Positions 11,731-25,640 of a stretch of 64,000 bases of DNA are shown one piece after another. The notes under the pieces were generated by a model. The model was given only the letters and a program-made list of their open reading frames with translations, was not told the origin of the DNA and ran no database searches. The stretch's first letter is position 1. The number at the start of each line of letters is the position of its first letter. Position numbers and translations under genes: made by a program. Origin of the DNA: Anthoceros angustus (Eukaryota; Plantae; Anthocerotophyta); assembly GCA_010909165.1 (NCBI GenBank), contig MU008154.1:496001-560000 (forward strand), given 5' to 3'.

Positions 11731-13464
11731 CTGCTCTCACGCTGGGCTTGCCTAGCTTTCCGTGACAGACATGCCTCTTGCAGCCCACTGACATTCAACG
11801 ACACCCCCGTTCGTAAAACCTTGAACACACGACGCGCTCCAACTCCAGATCCGTGAACTCCACACCCCCCACCGAGACCTGCTAAACCCAAGACCTGCCC
11901 CAGCCGAATGCGGAAGCCGTGCGAACCAGACCTCCGCGGAGTTTAGCTTCCCTGAGCTTGCGAGAGCTGGAAACTGAAGCAAGCGTGATCCCACAGACAA
12001 CCTTCCGGCTCCAACTGAAGCAGAGGACGGGCAGACGACGACGGCCTGAGAGAAATCTCTGCAACAGGGCAGAGCAAGAAACAGATTGTCCCCTCCCACT
12101 CCTTCCTTCCTGTCCTTCTTCCCTTCTCTTCGCTTCCCTTCCTTTTCTCCAGACACAACACCAAAGGAGATGATGAGCCCAGATATAAGGCAAGGAAAGC
12201 AAAGAGGTCGAGGGCGAGCACAGATCGCGGCGTGAGCTGGAGCAGCAGAGAGGTAGGGAAAAGATCAAGCGTTCGCAAAGCTACGCAGACACTCCTGCGA
12301 GAACTGGTGGGGGCCAAAGAGCGCGAGCAGAGAAGAAAAAATCGGTGCGGCCGGGTCTGCGCGGGAGCAAAGGTCACCACAGAAAGTTGCACGGAAGAAT
12401 CCGCCTGTCGTGACTGCCGGTCATCCGGGGTTAAACCCGGGTTGGAACCTGGGGCCGAGCCGCGGTCAGCCAAAACCTGGTTCGGCGCCCACAGCGCGCT
12501 GACAAGACGCGACTCGGGGCGCGTAACGGCCAGGGAGCTGCTTCCCGTGCCGCGGGGACTGCCCATTCAATGCTCCAGCCAGGCCCCCGACCTTTTGCCT
12601 CCGAACCGTCTGCCTTCCCAAATTCCGACCCACCTGCCGCGGCCCTTGTCGCCCTCGGGAACGCCACCAGGCCTAGCATCGAGGTTTCAAAATTCGAACC
12701 GGAGCTGGAGCGGCGGGTGGGAGGCAGACCCGGTCGCCAGCGTGTGGCGCCGGGACCCCGCGGCGACGTGGCCCAGCCCCGTCGCGCCGAGGCTGCATCC
12801 AGCCCTGCCGCGCGCAGGGTCGGTGGGAAGTGCCGTGCACGGCCGGGAAGAAGTGGGCGGTAGCGAGGCCACGTAGAGGAAGGTCCGGGAGGCAGGTCCG
12901 GAGCCCGGGTTGTGGCTGAGAGGGCCGGCGGGCGGCGCGGCGACAAGTGGCGGCTCACCGGCTGCAGCCGGTGGCGGTGGGGAAATCCGAATCCTTGCTG
13001 GGAGTGGCGTGGGCGGCCTGGGGCCCCACCGGGTGTTAAAGCAAATCCGGATGAATGAGGGCAAATAGGCGATCAGGGGAGCGAGTGGGGGTCGTGGAAA
13101 GATGGCGGTAGCAGCAGATCGAAAGCGCGGCAGGAGTGGCTGGCCGAATGTGGAAATCCACATGGTAGCTCGGGACGTGGCAAGACGGGCGGCTGAGGAG
13201 CGCCCACTTCAGCGCAAGTTGCGCCACGTCTCTAGGTTCGGACAGGGTTGCGGCATACGGCATGTGTCAGCAGCAAAGATGCACGGTCAGGACTGCAAGT
13301 GCGCGTCAGCAGCCGCATCCCCTTCACGTGACCAAATGCGAGAAACGCTCGATTATCACAGCTTATGGTGGGTGTTATGGCCCCCTGCTGGCGCGGGCCA
13401 AGCCAAGGAGAGAGGGAGAGGGAAAGGACAAGGACAAGGACACGGACAGGGCCCTGCAAGGGAA

Positions 13465-13555
13465 GGGAAGGGAAGGGAAAAGAAAGGAAGCCGGGAAGGG
13501 AAGGCAAGGGAAGGCAAGGGAAGGCAAGGGAAGGCAAGGGAAGGCAAGGGAAGAG
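13465..13555 (+). repeat. Purine-rich microsatellite (GGAAG/GCAAG)n
   Basis: gggaaggcaagggaaggcaagggaaggcaag... tract; a related (caagg)n run sits at ~13705-13730. Confidence 0.9.
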
Positions 13556-15133
13556 AGGAGGCCGTTCATCAGACAACAAGCAACCCCGCGGCCCTGGCCC
13601 TGATGGTGGATTAGGAGCCACACAGGGCCTTGGCTGGCAGCCGCACCACGTGCTTTCCTGTGGATGAAACGCAACGCAACTCTCAACGCCAACACCAACG
13701 CAACACAAGGCAAGGCAAGGCAAGGCAAGCAACTTGTTATGTACATACACGCATACCTGGTAAAACCTGTGATGTCCTTGGAAACTGTGAGAGGAGCGTC
13801 AGTTGGGTGCCCAGATTTGATCTTCTGGCGTTTAGTTTATCATTCTCGGAAGAAGCATGGCCATGGCCAGGTAGTGGGCACTAGTGGCGATGGGCATGGA
13901 GGTTGTAGAGTGATGACGGTCTCCCAGGCAAAAGGGGGCCTTGGACATGCTGCACCACATGATGCTTGCCTGGACCTGCTGCCAGGCGCGGCGGTCCGCT
14001 CCAGGCTGCGGAAAGTTCAGCCACTTCCGATGCAACTTGAACCCACAGACAGCATGGACAAGTGTGCGCCCTTTCCTGCCCACCTTCAAATGTGCTTCAC
14101 CCAAAGCCCGACACGTGCCGACAAGCACTCTTTTCACGTTGAGGGAGGGACTGGAGGCTTGCAGTTGCAGTTGCACCTGGACCGTGCCGTCCCTTATTGT
14201 ATGTAGCACAATCTCACGCTGCTGTCCACTAGTCTGCCATGATAGATCAGCAAACGTCAACAGTGTCCAACATACCTCCAAAAGGAAACAGGAAACGGGA
14301 ACGGGAAAGGCAGCAACATAGTGAGAGGAGAGAGATTGAGGGATGCTACAACTTACATAATACAGTACATAAGTTTCTCACAACGAGTGTGGGTTGGAGT
14401 CATGGACCGGACTGAAGCATGCAGCCGAGACTGCCAGATGAAATATCTCTGACACTTCCAGTTCCTCGCTTTCCGGCCAATCCAGGCGGATGCTGCTGGC
14501 TAGGATATGATTCACACAAAATCTCTGGTCACCACACTTTCCTACCGTCAGAATGTCTGGATGCCTCTTCTGAATTGACAAAGACCAGCCATTCGCCTTC
14601 AACGGCACAAAAACAGAACAAGCTATGTGTGGCTCCTGAATCAGCCGCTCTCAGGGCCTTGTGTGGCTCACGGTCTCAAATAACTCATCATATTTGACCA
14701 CAGGAATAAATACTAGGTAGACTAGCGAGAGCTCCTACATGTGGCAACTGCTCAAGCAGGAGTCAAACGGGACGATGCCTGCAATAGGGGTCGCTATTGA
14801 CCCAGCTATTCAACATATCCCCTACGTAGCCAAACGGTTTCGCACCCTCAGCAGCATCTAGTCTAGGTGAACGGTGCTGGAACATGTGTGCAATACACTG
14901 ACAAAGGGACCAATCCGATTATGGCAACCGCAAAATTGTAACCTTGGGGGCGAGAAGACCGGAAAGCTTCAGGTCCATACTTCCAGCCAAAACACCCCTG
15001 CCACACACAAGTAAAGCAATGTTGGTAGTTGCAGCTGCGGTACAGCTTTCATACGACGGGCAAGGGAGGATGATTACCGACCTCTAGATACAAGTCCTTT
15101 CAAGTGCATAATAATGATGGCAGTCGCCAAGGA

Positions 15134-18100
15134 TTATAACGGTTCGAGCTCTCCCTTCTCATCCACTTCGTCAATGGATACATAGTTTGCCGTATTCCTG
15201 TTTTTCAACCAGTAATAAAGGCCAGCAACTCCCAGAATTGACAGAGTCACCAGCACCAGAGACGCCACTACCGCAATCAAGGTAGTTGTATGGTCTTTCG
15301 GCGCCCATGATTTGCCGCTGCAACAGAGCAACGTGCCCGAGTTTAACATCAAAGCCAAGAGTCTACATGCATGCAACAGACACCTGAAAAGCCCTTGCCT
15401 ACCTAACACTCAACGGTTGCAGCTTCCAGCTTGTCAGTTGATAAACGCCGATCTCATCTCTTAACACCACACGATGGCTCACAAGTTGAGAAATGATAGT
15501 CTGAGCATCCCATGTAAAAGGCAAAGTATCAAGACAACCCCTCCAAGATGCTTTAAAGACAAAATAAACAGCCCAAGAGCGGAATGAAACGTCTGCATTT
15601 CCATCCAAACCTCAGCACTGCTTGTTGAAAGATAACTGCTTGATGGCTCAGGAACAATTGCCCAATGTACATTCACATGATTCCCGTCATCGGAAGTATC
15701 CAACACTTCGACCTGACACAACATAACGCGGTTAGCATGCTCCGCTCAATCTCCCGTGAGCTGGAAAGGAAGACTTGCTACCACAGATTCCAATGGAATT
15801 ACCTGGCTGGCCAAAAGCTCGAGTTCACGGGACATATCCTCAACAAACGCTGATTCAAGAGTGGCAAAATCTGAAGAACTCATCTTGAGAGAGAGATCCA
15901 TGTCCAGACTTGCGATAGCACTTGGAAAGTCCGCGTCAGAAGACTCGTTCGTGCTGTTGCCCAGTGCTGGACCTGCAATGGATCCAGTTAACCTTGAATC
16001 TACCATACTTGTCTTCATTAATCGTGATCATTGCCATAACAAGAACTTGCTAAACTCAGATCGAGTTCAGCGGCGTACACACCTCCTTGAGGTAGCGGTG
16101 GAGCTAATACAGGTGGAATGACTTGAGATGGTGTACCAGGGGACACACCTTCATCAACCGGTGGTGGCGTTGCTGGTGGTGCCATAGCAGCTCTGAGCTG
16201 ATTGGAAAGATCAGTGCATTTCGTGCGCCAGAATCCTATTCGCTTATTTCCCCTGTCATACATCACCAGCATATTGCGCACCACAATTCCTGCGTGCAGG
16301 ACCTTGTAAGACATGTGCCAATGCATTCTGCACCAGGTGGCACTCCTTTGAATACAAGGAAACGTGCCAACTTTTCTGCACTCTAAGAAAGGAACCCTGT
16401 AGGAGCTCCCTCTATTGTATAATTGGGAGTGGCCATTCAGTACTGAATGAAGGACCACTGCCGGTTTATACAACACAGAAAGCCTCTCCAGGTTTTCTGT
16501 ATGTATTACCTCCAATGAGAGTGGTTGGGTCTTTGTCATTCTTGAAAAAACCGAGACAATACGCTCCTCGATGAGTTACATGCTGTGCCAAGAACAATCA
16601 ACATCAGGTGTGCGTGTACGTGGCAATTTGCTTCCGAAACACACAATCCAGGAAGGGTTCAATGGCATACCCTAAAAAGATAATTCTCAGGTGCAAGTGA
16701 AACTACACTGTTGCCATTGAAAACAAGATCTACTGTCGGAAAGTAGTCTGAGAGCTTTGATGGATCTCTGTCAAACAGAACTCCAATTTCAACTCCTGGA
16801 TTTCTGATAACAGCCATGCATGGGAATCCCCAGGTGCAAAGGAAATGCGTTCCCCAATCCAGATAGGAATCCCAAGAAACTTACACTCCTGCATCTGCAA
16901 AGCAGATGTCTGGGAAATCAACAGGATCTGGTCCATCAACACGTTTCAGTGAAGGATCTAGCCGTTGTGTCACCTGCCAGGGACAGTGCACGTGATAATC
17001 AGAGACAAATCCCTTGTTCCCAAGAGCCCGCGGTCTTTTCTATCACACCGAAGTAGCAGATTTAAAGCACCCAAACTTACTGCTCGAACAAAGGCATCAA
17101 ACGCGGTGCCTGGAAGGTAGCAGTACGTAGTTCCACTATCCAGCACAGTGCCATGCCTGCCGTTGAATATATTTGGACTTAAGGGCAGAAGCTGACCTCC
17201 AACCTGGATGCCCTCTAGTGGGAGATTGTAGTACGTACTGCATTATTCATATTGATGAAGAATTAGCCACATGCCCCTTTTAAAGAGAACTGCATATACT
17301 TGACAATTTGGAGCTCCCAACTTCATGTTCTTTTAGTCTATACCTGCGTTCAGCATCCGAGGTCGCAAAAATCATTCCAGGAGGTGGGGTCATAGCACCC
17401 AGCACCATGGCGCCTCCAGATTCCAACATTCCTCCATAGCAGAGAGAGAAGCTATTGCTAATGGCACCCTGATCAACAAGTTGATCCACAATACTGAGAG
17501 GACCCCTGCCAAGGCCCATGATACCATCTGCCTTCTGCTTGAACAAATCTCCTTGCTCATCGTTCTCACAGCCAAAGACCAGACTCTGAGGTGGAAGATC
17601 ACTTTGGTCACCAAACCCTACCAAATCCGATCCAAGAACCCCGCTGCTACTGCTCATCTCTGCGTACAGCCTTTCATACTTGCACTGACCATTGTCACAA
17701 TGTTGTCCCATATATTTCCGTGTGCACTGGTCACCACACGGAATGGGCTTATACGAGGTTGAGTGACTTGGATCAAAGCTTGCATCCTGCCAGGACAAGA
17801 GTGTGTCAAAGGCACAGAACCGTGACTTTCTCAGCTTCTAAATCCAGTCTGAAACCACCAGTGAATTCCTCTATTCACATTGCAGCACACCGAATCACAC
17901 ACCTGATGAGAGCCACAGTGTTTGCAAGTTGAACAAGGGACATATGTCACAGTACTGCCCGTGTCAACGATGAGGGCAAACTTCTGGGGTGGCGTCCCGA
18001 TGAAAAGCTCACCGGTATAGTACCTGCAACATGCAGCCGCTTTCCGATCATGACGCTAACCCCTGAAAGAAAGAGCAGCAGGCAAGCTATCCTACATGGA

Positions 18101-18591
18101 AGCCATGATGGTTATTTGACACACAGCCCCCAGGACCATTATGCAGAGCTTCTGGATCGTATTACAGGAGCAAAAGAGATGCTGCAGACAAGCTGTGCCC
18201 GCTATCCTGTACATTATTCCAATCAAACCTTCTGCTTTGGCCCGTCGGCATAAAGCTAGTTCCAAATTTGTGCAAATCGATGTCAAGGCTGGACAAAGTG
18301 AAAGGAAATTCACCCTTTGTTCAAGAGATCATCAAACAGCTTCATTTGAGCATCAGCGCCGATAAGTTCGCGCCCATGCCGTTGCCGAAGCCGGTGCACC
18401 GCAGATAAATTCTGGTGCGTCAATTGGATAGGGAACAGAGTGGCCAATCCACTCTCACTGTGGACCAGTTGCGCCCCCGGACCTGCAATGCTGGGCGAGA
18501 AGACGGGAGCTCGCAAAGAAGTGCACGGTGGTAAAAGCACCAAGATCACTAGCGAGGCTGCTGCCACCCTCACCAATGTAGGACAGGCCAT
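15134..18591 (-). CDS. Multi-exon A1-family (pepsin/nepenthesin-like) aspartic protease with signal peptide and C-terminal transmembrane anchor
   Basis: Signal peptide MACPTLVRVAAASLVILVLLPP; YTGELFIGTPPQKFALIVDTGSTVTYVPC (~17935-18025); DGIMGLGRG; second catalytic motif VLDSGTTYCYLP (~17115-17155); YDRGNKRIGFWRTKC; TM LIAVVASLVLVTLSILGVAGLYYWL; stop at 15134. Confidence 0.93.
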
Positions 18592-20360
18592 TCTCCCCCT
18601 TGAACCTGTCCCAATCTTTTTTCACAGATTAAATGGGAGATCCAAAACCGATCACCTGCCAGCCAATCTCAGCTGGACAGAATTCTCCTTCCGTCGTCCT
18701 CTTGCCATCCGTCGTTGCCCCCAAGGTCCGATTTCGGAAACCAATTCTTCTCCAGCCTACCAGGTCCAAGCTCCACACCTTTCATCCGAGCATAAACCCT
18801 AGCAAAACTCGAGGATCCACATATCTCAGTGCCAGACAGTCCGACTCGGTCTTGAGGTTTGCAGCAGCAGCATCACCGACACTCCGTGCCCCGGCCTCCT
18901 GCAGCGGAGATATCTCTTCTACGACGCGCTGCTGCCTCCCAAGCTTCGATTCCGGGAAGGCAAGAGCCAAGGCGAGAATGGTGCAAAAAGTAAAACGAAT
19001 CGGAAAGTCGGGAACTGAAAAAACGACGGCGGTGGGATCCTGAAGGGAGTGTCAGTGGACTGTACGGGGGAGCCAGAGCCTCCCTGAGGTGTGTCGGATG
19101 GTGGAAGGCAGGCGACAAGGCAACTGAGACAAGCTCAGGTTCATAATTGCCAGGACCCGCTTAAAAAAAACGCCGAGTTAAATCCACAACCATGGATAAC
19201 GGGAGAGAGGAATGGCACTGGCAATCACAAAGAGATAACAGGAGTCGTATAACGTCTCAGTTTATTGATCATGAAAAAGAATAGTAGTCAAAGCAGTCCG
19301 AGCTATTGTTACAACATCATAATTCTCACATAAGACGCTACGCTACCGCAGCCGTAGTTAGTGTGGTTCGCCACCTGCGTCAGTGTACAGTAATGGTACA
19401 GTTCAGTGATCAGCTGGTAGGCAGCCAGCCACACGAAAAAGAGATCCGGCACAGCAGCCGGATTGGAAGCCAAGAGCCCAACAGGCCTGTTTCTCCACAG
19501 GCTGTCGAGCACACTGTACAGGGTGCCATCTCTAGAATACAAAGCTGATTCTGGCGCCACAAGCAGCCAGGACCTACAAGCATGGGTGGCCGAGCAGGCC
19601 AAGGTGCCAGGAAGACAACCCACAAACGTTTTTCAAGGCACACCTGCACGGAGGAAGACCAGGAGATCAGCAAGTGGGACTCGGAAGGTTGTGGTTCAAA
19701 TGAGCAGGTTCAAGCCATGAAAGTTACCTAGAGGATACGAGGGATGAGACTCCAATCCCCGATAGCAGATAATGCACATGAAGACTGGGAGTGGCCTCGT
19801 TTTGCCTCTTCTGCTGATGCTAAACAACTAGTACAGTGAGAGATTCTATCCAAATGTTCCACGCCACAAGACCATCCCCTATCCGTGTCCTCATCCGGTC
19901 TCTTGTCAGTTTCCTGTCCTCCGGTTAGTGCCCTCGACAAAACTCCTCAATACACCCTAGTTGATTGACATCAGTTGTCGCCCATAGTGCAGAACTGCCT
20001 CAATTCTGCTTCGGAGACAGGACTGGCTGGAGTAGGCTCTTTGCAGATAGAGCTTACCCTAAAATCTGACGAATCCAGTCTCTGTCGTCCGACCAGCCTG
20101 TCCTTCCGGTACTGACAAATCGATTACCTGCATTACCAAATCCAGGTTGAATGGACCTGTCAGGTGGTCACTCTGCCTGTGCCTTCAGGACCAGAGATGT
20201 CCCGATGACCACCTTCAACCCCTTCAGGGCTGAATCTGGCACTCATCACAGATAAGTGGCACCTGAAGCTTAAACCTGGATGTTATGCTAGGCCTCACCT
20301 GGAAAGAGGTTAGTACCAACCATCCAAAGCAGGAGCTAAGGCTGGAGGCCGCTGCAATTC

Positions 20361-23300
20361 CTATGGGCTTGAATTTCCACCTGGGGGCTGCGGAGGAGCC
20401 AGAGCATAAGGAGCACCACCAGGAGGTACAGGGATGTAGTAGGGAACTGGATGGAGCACTCGCTTATGGAACAGCAAGTTCGCAATTGATCTATCAATGG
20501 GATTTGTTTCTGTCTCCACCACGTTCAGACTCCCAGCCCTGCAGAAAGAATGCTAAGGTTCAATGGCACTGCAACCAAAGGACAACTGAGCAGCTTTCTT
20601 AATGACATGAAGGATCTAAATGATGTTGTGTCCATCCAATACCTGGACGTCCTGGCTGACGAAGGCAGGTTGCTGCCAGATGATGATTCTACCCCACCTG
20701 GCACACTATCCAGCCCATCACTACTTGCACTACTACTACCACTGTCACCTGCCGACCGTCTCTGCATAGCACTCCTGGCCAGCCGATACAGTGCATCACG
20801 GATGCAGACTCTAGTGTTAATGTCCAACTGCACACACACCACAGGTGTAAGCAACTAGGATGACAACCACAATATGAGCAGCTTCAGATTTGCTGCACAG
20901 AGTAGCAGTTGGGGAGAGAGGCATACCCTTTGCATAGTTCGCTCCAACTCTCTAAGCACGACTGCCTCCAATGAATCATCCTCCTCCCCTTGACCCACTG
21001 AAGTGTCTTGACCAGAATCTTGACTGACGCCAACTGTGTCCTGTTCTGCTTCAGAGCCATTGCTTGGTCCACCGCCAGTGACTACTTCCTGATTGTCAGC
21101 AAGTGGCTGGGCTAGAGATACTGTCTGCTGCTGGGGTTGCTGCTGCTGAGGTTGCTGAGGTTGCTGAGGTTGCTGAGGTTGCTGAGGTTGCTGGGGTTGC
21201 TGGGGTTGCTGCTGCTTCCTCAGTTGTTCCAGCCCAATCTGTTGAGCAACAAGTTGCTGCTGCTGCTGCACAGCTAAGCGAGCCTGCATCTGTTGCCGCC
21301 ACCTCAACTTTTCCAGCTTCTCCTGTGGAGTCATTGTTGGGCTGCTCGCTGGAGGGGGTCGTAGAGGAACTTCCAGTTGCTGCCTGAGCTGCTTCGGCTG
21401 ACCAAACTGTGACTGATCGAGAGACGACTTCTGACCATGTGGACTGAGTTGCTGGTATCCCACATACGTCTGTTGAGAAGGATGGATAGGAGGTGGTGTT
21501 GAAGACGACGTGTTCACCAAAAGAGGCACATGATGGAAAGGCGGCCCATAAGCTGGATGGATGTAAGGAACTCCCCTCGGCGAAGACTGCATGTGAGGAT
21601 CAACTATCATCATAGAAGGGGATGGAGGCGGAGCAGGAGGGTACCCATGCAGAGCGCCTGGCGGCAAGTGAGAAACTTGAGCAGGCAGGCGGACCTGCAG
21701 ACCCTTCTGTCCAACTGCGTCTGTCAGATGGGGAACCGCATACACAGGGCTCTGAGCGAGCTTCCGGGGAGGAAATTGCCTCCTCAACCTCTCCTCATTC
21801 CGCTTCCGATTGGCTGCATGCCGCCGAGCCCTATGTGCCTGTTACACCACACCGACCTGAATCTCAGAAACTGCGAGATGTTTCACGGTAATTCGACAGC
21901 TTCCCAACCCCTGAACGACAGAGAAACGCACCTGAGCTAGGCCTGCCTTGTCAGGTTCGGAGCTACTCACTGTCGAACGCCCTGCTTCGCCTTCAGTATT
22001 CTCCTCCCCTTTCGACAGGGCAGCGTTGTGAGGCTCCACTGTGAGCCCGCTACTTTCAGGCACCTTCAAGCCCCACAGAAGAAAACATTCAGTCAGACGT
22101 TCATAGCACCGTCGAACGAAAACACATTACTCCATCACTTATCAGGCAAGTACCTTCGCGTTCCTCTCTTCAGCACCCGGTGCTGCAGTCGGCTGAGACT
22201 GCTCCGAGCTCTGTTCGACAGAAGAGTGCTGCATCTGGCTACTCAAGCTGGGTGCTGAAACAAAGTCTGACTCCTTCAACTCCTCTTCCTGCTTCTCCAA
22301 CGTGGGCAGCATCAGAGTGTCATCACATGGAACAAAATCCGTCTCGACATCATAAGCCCCCAACTCACTCTTCACCGCAGCAAAATCCAGCCCAGAAAGA
22401 GCTGTCTCGGACCCTCCAGCAGGGGTGGCACCCCCACTACTGCCCTGCAATCTGGGAGGTGAGACCGTCCATGGTAACGCCTCTGCCGAATTATTCAACG
22501 TCTGGCCGAAGGAAGAATCGCTGTTCCTGAGCAACCAACATTCAGATCAGCCAGGTGGGTGGGCAAAGCAGAACAACCGGTTGCCAAACAAGCGAACACG
22601 GTGAAACAAAAACCGGTCGGGTTAACCAGACACCCAGGTCGTGCGCAGGGTGGATACAATTTTGCCCAGCCCCCAAGACTGGACACAGGCCCAGCAGGAA
22701 ACTTACTCCCCAGGAAGCACGTATAGCATCAATCCAGAGCTATACAGAGGCAAGGAAGGGCTTTACCGAAAGAGCTTATCCACATCTTCCAGGTTGTCAA
22801 TATTTTCCCAGCTGTAGTCCAGCAAATTACCTCCCTTATCGACATCACTACCAGCGCCAACAAACAGCTCCATGTCCTCTGCTGGTCCAACATCTGGTAG
22901 TGGGAAAGGGCAGGTGGCGTCCATCAGGCTGCCGTCGTCGCTGGGAAAGCCCGAGTTGTCCATGTACATCCGTATGTCCTCGCTGAGCAGCCCCCCACCG
23001 GACTCCTCCAACTCTCCGGTCCTGCCCCCATCCCCCGCCAGCTTCCCCCCCTCTTTCCCATTCCCAAAGCTCCCCTCCTCAAACTCCAATTCCTCCCTAT
23101 CCTCCTCCTCCTCCTGCTCCTGCCCCTGCCCCTGCCCCTCCTGCTGCTGCTGCACCATCCGCTCCTCCAGAGCGCAGGAGCTCTCCTCCTTCACCCCCCT
23201 TCCAGCCGCCGCATGAGACCCCCCGTGCCGCTGCTGCGAAACCTGCCCCAGCCCCTTGGACGACCCCATCGACCCGGGGTCCCGGTGCTGCCGCTTCCGT

Positions 23301-23603
23301 CGCTCCGCGTTGTGCCCCCACCCATTCTCCGTGGGGCTGCTCCTCTCGGGCACAATATGGTCGTCGCTCTCCCCGAAATCATCCCACACCATGTCATCGA
23401 ACTGCGCTCCCAAAGCCAACCACCAACCAAACATTCAGCCAGCCGCACTCCAACAAACTCTCAACTCACGTCTGTACACAGCAACAGACGCAACCAGCAA
23501 CGAAAGAGTAGCACGGCCGCTTCAAAGAAGCTTCCCTCACCTGGCTGATGGAGGACCAGTTGGACAGTGCATTGTCCACTCCCTCAAACTCCCACGATGA
23601 CAT
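20361..23603 (-). CDS. LNK: LNK (night light-inducible and clock-regulated) family co-activator, multi-exon; exact C-terminus uncertain
   Basis: Exon 1 (23603-23541, MSSWEFEGVDNALSNWSSISQ) splices to FDDMVWDDFGESDDHIVP. LNK motifs LLDYSWENIDNLEDVDKLFR, EAVVLRELERTMQ/LDINTRVCIRDALYRLARSAMQR and ETETNPIDRSIANLLFH are present. Confidence 0.9.
21128..21215 (-). repeat. Coding (QQP)n repeat in LNK
   Basis: (gctgaggtt)n on the + strand reads QQPQQPQQP on the - strand. Confidence 0.9.
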
Positions 23604-25640
23604 ACTTCACGACCGAGAGCTGGCGCCGCCTAAAGGCCAGCTCCTAACCTTCCTACCACCAGAGCGCGGCGTCCTGGGAGACGCGTCAAGGCCACTCCAT
23701 TCCTGCCCCTGCCAGCCCGCGGGTGCCCCGCGCGGTTACCCCATGCTCCAGCTCCTGCATCTAAGCTTGCTCTGCACTCCTACAGGCCCCGGGAGCCTGG
23801 GTCACTGCCCTGCGGGAAGCCTCGACGAAACCGGGCTCAAAAGAGGCGGCGGCGGCGGCGGCAACACCAGCAGCAGCAGCAGGCCTCCCGGATCCATTCC
23901 TTGCCGGGGCGAAGAGTTTCGAAAGGGCAGCGGATCAGCCAGACCAGGGATCCGCAATCCTCCAACGCCGCCGGCGCTGCCGATCCTTCGCATTCAAGCA
24001 AATTCCAGGACAAAATCCGGGCCGGGCGAGCTGGCGGGGAGGCGGGGATTCCGCCGTGCCATCCACAACAAAGCGCCGCCGGTGTTGGATCGCAGAGGGG
24101 AGAAAAGAAGCGCGGTGTGTGTGTGCTGGTGTCCGTCTGGCCAGGCCTGGCCCGTCGCGTCGCGCGCAATGCACACAGAGACGGCGGGCGGGGAAGGCAG
24201 CCAGCACGGTGCCGAGGCGGGTGACCGGCTGGCCCCGGCCTGGCCCACCGGGAGGCCGGTCAGCCGCAACGGCCTTCTGTGGCGCACATTGGCGGGCGCT
24301 CTGGGCCACGGAAGCGGGCGACCGGGGTAGCCGCGGGCGTCCGAACGCTGGGGCCACGTCCGCGCACGCCTAGCCCACGTTGCGGGCGGTCGTCGCAACC
24401 CCTAGCGGTCGCAGGGTGGGCGAAGCGAGTGGCGGGGAGGCTCGGAGCCACGTGGTGACATGCCGAAACGAGTGGCTGGGGCGGGCGGTGCCCTAGGATC
24501 TGTTGCGTGGCTCGGATTGGGCGCGCTCATATCGCCGCAGGGCGCAATCCCCATCCTCGTCGGCGTATCGTTTGCCGCGCCGCCATTGGCCCGCTTGCCG
24601 GTCGCTCCGCCCTTCTCTCCCGTATATCGCCCTCCCGCGCCCTGGCGCAACAGGGCCGATTTTGGCTTTTATGCCCGTGCCTGCATAATGCCCGAATATT
24701 GAATGACGAAAGACGGGGGTCAGGTGGGAGGAACCCTGGCCAGGCCCCGGCCTGGCCCCGGCCCCGGCCTGCCCCCGGGCTGGCCCTGGCCCCGGAACAA
24801 TATTCAACCCGTACGGAAGGACCGCGCGCGGGCGACCGGACCGCCACGCATCCACCTGCGAGTCCTGGGCCTGGGCCTGGGCGCGCGCATTATCCGCCAA
24901 CAATTTCCACATCCAATTATGTGCGTACGTAATCGCCCAGATTTGGCATCGTCCGTAGCTGCTCCACACTGGCATCCCATTACCTACATACAGTACGTAT
25001 CTCAATTGTTCATATTAATTCCTGCCCATTCCGATTCCGACATATATCAGGCCAAACATAAGTGGATTTGAAGAGCGGGTGGATTAGGAGGGAGGAGCAT
25101 GAGCTTGTCATGAGCAGTGATTTTTTTTTTTGGTAAAAAATTGAACGTGCTTTATTGAACCAAAAATCTCTGACACCCCATTGGAGCTAAAAGAAGCTAA
25201 GCAACCAGCTGAAGCGAAAATTAAAACAAGAAGCTCGGAAAGCCAGAGCTGCAATAATCGAAACGAAATGAGAAACCTCCAACCTCCAAGGGCAATATAG
25301 GCGGTGATGTTCAGGATGCGAAGAAATATAAATGTATAGGTAAGGGCATGATGATGCAATCAATTATGTGTGTGAATGGGTGGCATGTTCATCCCTAACA
25401 AACTATAATATCCTCTTCATGGTGTTTTATAGCCCCCAATATCTTCCATATGAATTTCGGTTTTACTTTTGAAGGATACTTGTTATGTTATGGTCCATAC
25501 TTCTTTATGTAAGATAGAACTACAGTGGCATATGAATGTAGCAACCTGATTTACGATCTCTCTACTATCTCTCCCACGCATATGATTTCCGCCCGCAAGC
25601 AAACACTATAGTGAGATTCTCCAGGCCTCCTACATTGCGA

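Noticed and set aside
11880-14330. Many GC-rich ORFs of 100-215 aa, including GKARE repeats
   Set aside because: Products of microsatellites and high GC on all frames; no domain motifs. Likely BBX 5' UTR and promoter.
23548-25071. 260-aa and other ORFs upstream of LNK
   Set aside because: Antisense to the LNK leader or GC-rich promoter with ggcccc repeats; no recognisable protein.
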